Source: Escherichia phage slur14. From it: DNA of 64,000 nt. The position numbers were made by a program, and so were the translations under genes. The notes under the pieces were generated by a model. That model had not been told where the DNA came from. It did no database searches and saw only the letters and a program-made list of their open reading frames with translations. The stretch lies in sequence record NC_028448.1; one strand, written 5' to 3'. Shown one piece after another: positions 58,916-64,000 of this stretch (the stretch's first letter is position 1; each line of letters begins with the position of its first letter).

Positions 58916-60684
58916 AAAAGCCACAAGAAATGCAAACGATGCGTAGAAAAGTTATTTCAGATAATAAACCAACACAGGAAGCGGCTAAATCCGCTTCTAA
59001 TACTTTATCTGGGCTTAATGACATTTCTACGAAATTGGATGATGCTCAAGCTGCTTCTGAATTAATAGCTCAAACTGTCGAAGAAAAATCGAATGAAATA
59101 ATTGGAGCAATTGATAACGTAGAAAGCGCAGTGAGTGATACTACTGCTGGTTCTGAGTTAATTGCTGAAACTGTCGAAATTGGCAACAATATTAATAAAG
59201 AAATCGGTGAATCACTCGGAAGCAAATTAGATAAATTAACAAGTTTACTAGAGCAAAAAATTCAGACAGCTGGAATTCAACAGACGGGAACTAGTTTAGC
59301 CACGGTTGAAAGCGCTATTCCTGTTAAAGTCGTTGAGGATGATACTGCCGAATCTGTGGGTCCTTTATTACCAGCTCCCGAAGCAGTTAATAATGATCCT
59401 GACGCTGATTTTTTCCCTACCCCTCAACCAGTTGAACCCAAACAAGAATCACCAGAAGAAAAACAGAAAAAAGAAGCATTTAACTTAAAATTATCTCAAG
59501 CTTTAGATAAATTAACAAAGACAGTTGATTTTGGATTTAAGAAATCTATTTCAATTACTGATAAAATATCAAGCATGCTATTTAAGTATACCGTTAGTGC
59601 TGCTATTGAAGCTGCTAAAATGACTGCAATGATATTGGCTGTTGTTGTTGGAATAGACCTGTTGATGGTTCATTTTAAATACTGGTCAGATAAATTTTCA
59701 AAAGCCTGGGATTTATATAGTACTGATTTTACTAAATTCTCTAGCGAAACCGGAACATGGGGTCCTTTATTACAGAGCATCTTTGATTCTATTGATAAAA
59801 TTAAACAACTTTGGGAAGCGGGAGATTGGGGTGGATTGACAACAGCTATCATAGAAGGACTTGGAAGTGTTCTTTTTAATTTAGGAGAGCTTATTCAATT
59901 AGGTATGGCTAAATTATCTGCAGCAATTCTTCGAGTCATTCCTGGTATGAAGGATACTGCTGATGAAGTAGAAGGAAGAGCATTGGAAAATTTCCAAAAT
60001 TCTACTGGAGCATCTCTCAATAAAGAAGACCAAGAAAAAGTTGCAAATTATCAATATAAAAGAATGAATGACGATCTTGGTCCAATAGCAAAAGGGCTAG
60101 ACAAAATTGCGAACTGGAAAACTCGTGCATCTAATTGGATTCGTGGGGTTGATAATAAAGAAGCACTAACTACCGACGAAGAACGCGCAGCAGAAGAAGA
60201 AAAATTAAAGCAACTTTCACCTGAAGAAAGAAAAAATGCTTTAATGAAGGCTAATGAAGCCCGTGCCGCAATGATTCGCTTTGAAAAATATGCTGATTCA
60301 GCTGATATGAGTAAAGACTCAACGGTTAAATCTGTTGAATCTGCCTATGAAGACCTTAAAAAACGAATGGATGACCCGGATTTAAACAATTCACCGGCAG
60401 TTAAAAAAGAACTTGCTGCTAGATTTTCTAAAATTGATGCTACTTATCAAGAGCTCAAGAAAAATCAGCCTAATGCCAAACCTGAAACTTCTGCTAAATC
60501 GCCAGAAGCGAAACAGGTCCAGGTTATTGAAAAGAACAAAGCACAGCAAGCTCCTGTTCAGCAAGCATCTCCTTCAATCAATAATACTAATAATGTTATT
60601 AAGAAAAATACTGTCGTTCATAATATGACACCCGTAACGAGCACGACTGCTCCTGGTGTATTTGATGCGACTGGAGTTAATTAA
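58912..60684 (+). CDS. 29: gp29 tail tube tape-measure protein
   Basis: 590 aa, extended helical, low complexity; length and order match T4 gp29. Confidence 0.85.
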   Translation: MKKPQEMQTMRRKVISDNKPTQEAAKSASNTLSGLNDISTKLDDAQAASELIAQTVEEKSNEIIGAIDNVESAVSDTTAGSELIAETVEIGNNINKEIGESLGSKLDKLTSLLEQKIQTAGIQQTGTSLATVESAIPVKVVEDDTAESVGPLLPAPEAVNNDPDADFFPTPQPVEPKQESPEEKQKKEAFNLKLSQALDKLTKTVDFGFKKSISITDKISSMLFKYTVSAAIEAAKMTAMILAVVVGIDLLMVHFKYWSDKFSKAWDLYSTDFTKFSSETGTWGPLLQSIFDSIDKIKQLWEAGDWGGLTTAIIEGLGSVLFNLGELIQLGMAKLSAAILRVIPGMKDTADEVEGRALENFQNSTGASLNKEDQEKVANYQYKRMNDDLGPIAKGLDKIANWKTRASNWIRGVDNKEALTTDEERAAEEEKLKQLSPEERKNALMKANEARAAMIRFEKYADSADMSKDSTVKSVESAYEDLKKRMDDPDLNNSPAVKKELAARFSKIDATYQELKKNQPNAKPETSAKSPEAKQVQVIEKNKAQQAPVQQASPSINNTNNVIKKNTVVHNMTPVTSTTAPGVFDATGVN

Positions 60685-60692
60685 GGAATAAT

Positions 60693-61787
60693 ATGGCAAT
60701 TGTTAAAGAAATAACTACTGATTTAATTAAAAAGTCCGGTGAGAAAATTTCAGCCGGACAGAGCACTAAATCAGAAGTAGTAACTAAAACATACACTGCC
60801 CAGTTTCCAACTGGGCGTGCTAGTGGTAATGACACTACAGGGGACTTCCAGGTAACAGATCTATATAAGAATGGATTATTATTTACTGCATACAATATGT
60901 CATCTAGGGATTCTGGAAGTCTTAGATCGATGAGATCTAACTACTCTTCTTCATCTTCGAGTATTTTAAGTACAGCTAGAAACACTATTAGTAGTACAGT
61001 ATCAAAACTATCAAATGGATTAATATCAAATAATAATTCAGGAACAATAAGTAAAGCTCCTGTCGCAAACATTCTTTTACCGAGATCTAAATCTGATGTT
61101 GACACATCATCACATAGATTTAATGATGTTCAAGAAAGCCTTATCAGTAGAGGCGGAGGTACTGCTACTGGTGTGCTAAGTAATGTTGCTTCAACTGCAG
61201 TATTTGGGGCACTGGAAAGTATAACACAAGGTATAATGGCTGATAATAATGAACAGATTTATACGACAGCCAGAAGTATGTATGGTGGTGCTGAAAATAG
61301 AACTAAAGTGTTTACATGGGATTTGACTCCACGTTCAACAGAAGATTTAATGGCTATTATTAATATCTATCAATATTTTAACTATTTTTCTTATGGTGAA
61401 ACAGGTAAATCTCAATACGCTGCTGAAATAAAGGGGTATTTAGATGATTGGTATCGTTCTACGTTAATTGAACCTTTATCTCCGGAAGACGCAGCTAAAA
61501 ATAAAACACTATTTGAGAAAATGACAGCAAGTTTAACGAACGTTCTTGTAGTTTCAAACCCGACAGTTTGGATGGTGAAAAACTTTGGTGCAACATCTAA
61601 GTTTGATGGAAAAACGGAAATATTTGGTCCATGCCAAATACAGAGCATTAGATTTGATAAAACACCTAATGGTAACTTTAACGGATTAGCTATTGCTCCA
61701 AACCTCCCTAGTACATTTACTCTCGAGATTACTATGAGAGAAATTATCACGTTAAACCGTGCTTCTTTATATGCGGGGACTTTTTAA
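60693..61787 (+). CDS. 48: gp48 baseplate tail-tube junction protein
   Basis: 364 aa; length and order match T4 gp48. Confidence 0.85.
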   Translation: MAIVKEITTDLIKKSGEKISAGQSTKSEVVTKTYTAQFPTGRASGNDTTGDFQVTDLYKNGLLFTAYNMSSRDSGSLRSMRSNYSSSSSSILSTARNTISSTVSKLSNGLISNNNSGTISKAPVANILLPRSKSDVDTSSHRFNDVQESLISRGGGTATGVLSNVASTAVFGALESITQGIMADNNEQIYTTARSMYGGAENRTKVFTWDLTPRSTEDLMAIINIYQYFNYFSYGETGKSQYAAEIKGYLDDWYRSTLIEPLSPEDAAKNKTLFEKMTASLTNVLVVSNPTVWMVKNFGATSKFDGKTEIFGPCQIQSIRFDKTPNGNFNGLAIAPNLPSTFTLEITMREIITLNRASLYAGTF

Positions 61788-62752
61788 TGTATTCTTTAGA
61801 GGAATTTAATAATCAAGCAATAAACGCAGATTTCCAACGTAATAATATGTTTAGCTGCGTTTTTGCAACAACTCCATCAACTAAAAGCTCTTCGTTGATA
61901 AGTTCAATTAGCAACTTTTCTTATAATAACTTGGGCCTAAATTCAAATTGGTTAGGATTAACTCAAGGTGATATTAATCAGGGAATTACCACGCTAATTA
62001 CAGCTGGCACACAAAAACTGATAAGAAAATCAGGGATTAGTAAATATCTTATTGGTGCCATGAGTCAACGTACAGTTCAAAGTTTATTAGGCTCATTTAC
62101 AGTTGGTACATATTTAATTGACTTCTTTAACATGGCATATAACTCATCTGGATTGATGATATACTCTGTAAAAATGCCAGAGAATAGATTATCCTATGAA
62201 ACTGACTGGAACTATAATTCTCCTAATATTCGTATAACTGGGAGAGAATTAGACCCTTTGGTTATTTCATTTAGAATGGATTCAGAAGCTTGTAACTATC
62301 GTGCAATGCAAGACTGGGTTAACTCTGTTCAAGACCCAGTAACTGGACTACGTGCTTTGCCGCAAGATGTCGAGGCAGATATTCAGGTTAATCTTCATTC
62401 TCGCAATGGATTGCCTCATACTGCGGTGATGTTCACCGGATGCATTCCAATATCAGTGAGCGCTCCTGAGCTATCATATGATGGAGATAACCAAATAACT
62501 ACATTTGATGTTACTTTTGCGTATAGAGTGATGCAGGCTGGAGCAGTTGATAGGCAAGCTGCGCTTGAATGGCTTGAATCTGCTGCTATAAATGGTATTC
62601 AAAGCGTTCTCGGAAATAGTGGAGGTGTTACTGGACTATCTAATTCGCTTTCACGACTCAGTAGATTAGGTGGAACTGCAGGAAGCATTTCAAACATTAA
62701 TACTATGACAGGAATTGTCAATTCGCAAAGTAAAATATTAGGAGCAATATAA
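61787..62752 (+). CDS. 54: gp54 baseplate tail-tube initiator
   Basis: 321 aa; length and order match T4 gp54. Confidence 0.85.
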   Translation: MYSLEEFNNQAINADFQRNNMFSCVFATTPSTKSSSLISSISNFSYNNLGLNSNWLGLTQGDINQGITTLITAGTQKLIRKSGISKYLIGAMSQRTVQSLLGSFTVGTYLIDFFNMAYNSSGLMIYSVKMPENRLSYETDWNYNSPNIRITGRELDPLVISFRMDSEACNYRAMQDWVNSVQDPVTGLRALPQDVEADIQVNLHSRNGLPHTAVMFTGCIPISVSAPELSYDGDNQITTFDVTFAYRVMQAGAVDRQAALEWLESAAINGIQSVLGNSGGVTGLSNSLSRLSRLGGTAGSISNINTMTGIVNSQSKILGAI

Positions 62753-62756
62753 CAAT

Positions 62757-62786
62757 GGGGACCGAAAGGTCCCCATATTTTTATTT
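62757..62786 (+). terminator. bidirectional rho-independent terminator after gene 54
   Basis: GGGGACC-GAAA-GGTCCCC followed by ATATTTTTATTT; overlaps the stop of the minus-strand 62781..63071 ORF. Confidence 0.75.
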
Positions 62787-63071
62787 ACGGAATGAAATGA
62801 AAGCAGCAACTGAAGCAACTAAACCGTCTTCAATATAAACTTCAATTTTTACAGGAGCTTCTGACTCAAATTTACCTGTTACTACACCCTGAAAAATACT
62901 TTCAGTCTGTTCTGGCTTTGAAAAATTTTCAGAAGGAAAAATTCCAAACTTTTTATCTGTTCCGAAAATTTTGATAAATTCATCGTAAACCGCTTCGTTA
63001 AAAGCATTATCAGCAGGAATAACGCCTTCAACTACAAGTTCTTGACCTAAAAAGCGTAAAGAAGATTTCAT
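62781..63071 (-). CDS. hypothetical protein (T4 alt-region position)
   Basis: 96-aa ORF with ATG start. Confidence 0.5.
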   Translation of the reverse strand: MKSSLRFLGQELVVEGVIPADNAFNEAVYDEFIKIFGTDKKFGIFPSENFSKPEQTESIFQGVVTGKFESEAPVKIEVYIEDGLVASVAAFISFRK

Positions 63072-63103
63072 TTTGTGTTCCTCATGTTATGTCAGTAAGA
63101 CTA

Positions 63104-63307
63104 CTATAACACAACACGAGGGACTTGTAAACTACATTTTGAACTTTTTAGTACGCGGAATAGGCATGCGTCGATTTTATACTGTTTCATTGTTTGAAGA
63201 GCAGTATCAAAAACAGCATTAATGACACCAATTGGATTTCCACTCAAGTTTTTAAGCTTAACTAATGATAGTTTCTCATTAACACCTATCATTACGATAT
63301 GCATCAT
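63104..63307 (-). CDS. hypothetical protein
   Basis: 67-aa ORF with ATG start. Confidence 0.45.
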   Translation of the reverse strand: MMHIVMIGVNEKLSLVKLKNLSGNPIGVINAVFDTALQTMKQYKIDACLFRVLKSSKCSLQVPRVVL

Positions 63308-63492
63308 TTTGTCGCCTGGTTTAACGTTTTATCTGTATCACCGCCAGAGGTGTATGTACAAAATCTAAATCCAGGAAGCACGCTTTCTTCGCCGGCTTGA
63401 ATAGCAAAAATTTGTGGTATTTTATGCTTAGGATTTAAGTTAACAACCGGCGCCGAAGCGCCGTCAAATAATTATGTAATAAGTTCCATGAT

Positions 63493-64000
63493 TTATCCTT
63501 GAACGAACTTGTAAGGCATGTTTGCAATATCTATGCAAGACGCAATAATTCCAAGAGATGATTCTACTTTCTGTTTAACATTTGATGAAACAAATGATGC
63601 AAAGTCAACTCTGTCTTCTATTTCAATATCACCTGTCATTGCAACCAATTCACCAGTTTCCATTAAATGGTCTCCATCATAGATTACCGATTCGGTGAGC
63701 TCTTCCGTGGTCATAACTTCAGCTTGAATGAGTTTTGTATTATTAGATGTTGTTCCGTCATTATTAGAAGCATCAGTTATTTTATTAACTTTGACCATCA
63801 ATCCACGCGGTAGAATAACTTCAGCTTCTGTTGCTATTCCGAGACTTCCTGGATATACAACATTAACTTTATGAGCTCCATCAATTGCCCATCCTATTTG
63901 AACTTTAACGTATTCAGGATTTTCTTTATACGCTCTTATTTCGTTTGGATTAATAGTTATTCCTTCTTCATTTTTATCAACTGTTAATTCATTGCGAGCT
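63493..64000 (-). CDS. hypothetical protein, 3' portion (frame stays open to the window end)
   Basis: ORF-track 63493..63801 begins at TTG; the same frame continues without a stop to 64000, so the gene probably starts beyond the window; ATG at 63798 is an alternative internal start. Confidence 0.5.
   Translation of the reverse strand, partial: ARNELTVDKNEEGITINPNEIRAYKENPEYVKVQIGWAIDGAHKVNVVYPGSLGIATEAEVILPRGLMVKVNKITDASNNDGTTSNNTKLIQAEVMTTEELTESVIYDGDHLMETGELVAMTGDIEIEDRVDFASFVSSNVKQKVESSLGIIASCIDIANMPYKFVQG

Overview
This window is a collinear segment of a T4-like (Tevenvirinae) myovirus genome. Calls rest on reading the translations, motifs and gene order/lengths against what I recall of phage T4; no database search was run. 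The left ~18.4 kb is a minus-strand early/middle block: tk (partial), small tk/vs-region ORFs, an SLT lytic transglycosylase, regB, a GrcA-like glycyl-radical protein, denV, lysozyme e, nudE, a 10-tRNA cluster, ipI, 57B/57A and genes 1, 3, 2, 4. From 18.4 kb the plus strand carries the late morphogenesis block (53, 5, 5.4, 6-12, wac, 13-20, 67, 68, 21-24), interrupted by minus-strand rnlB-hoc-inh and uvsY-25-26, then uvsW and 51, 27, 28, 29, 48, 54. Most genes sit in 4-nt ATGA or 1-nt TAATG start/stop overlaps. I found no CRISPR array, integrase or transposase, and no single element I can call a new system with confidence. The content that departs most from canonical T4 is: an HNH homing endonuclease abutting the tRNA cluster, three extra tRNAs (His/Asn/Tyr), several internal-protein-like genes with capsid-targeting leaders (one a self-contained promoter-gene-terminator cassette), a macro-domain protein, and a Hoc gene enlarged by exactly three tandem Ig-domain repeats.
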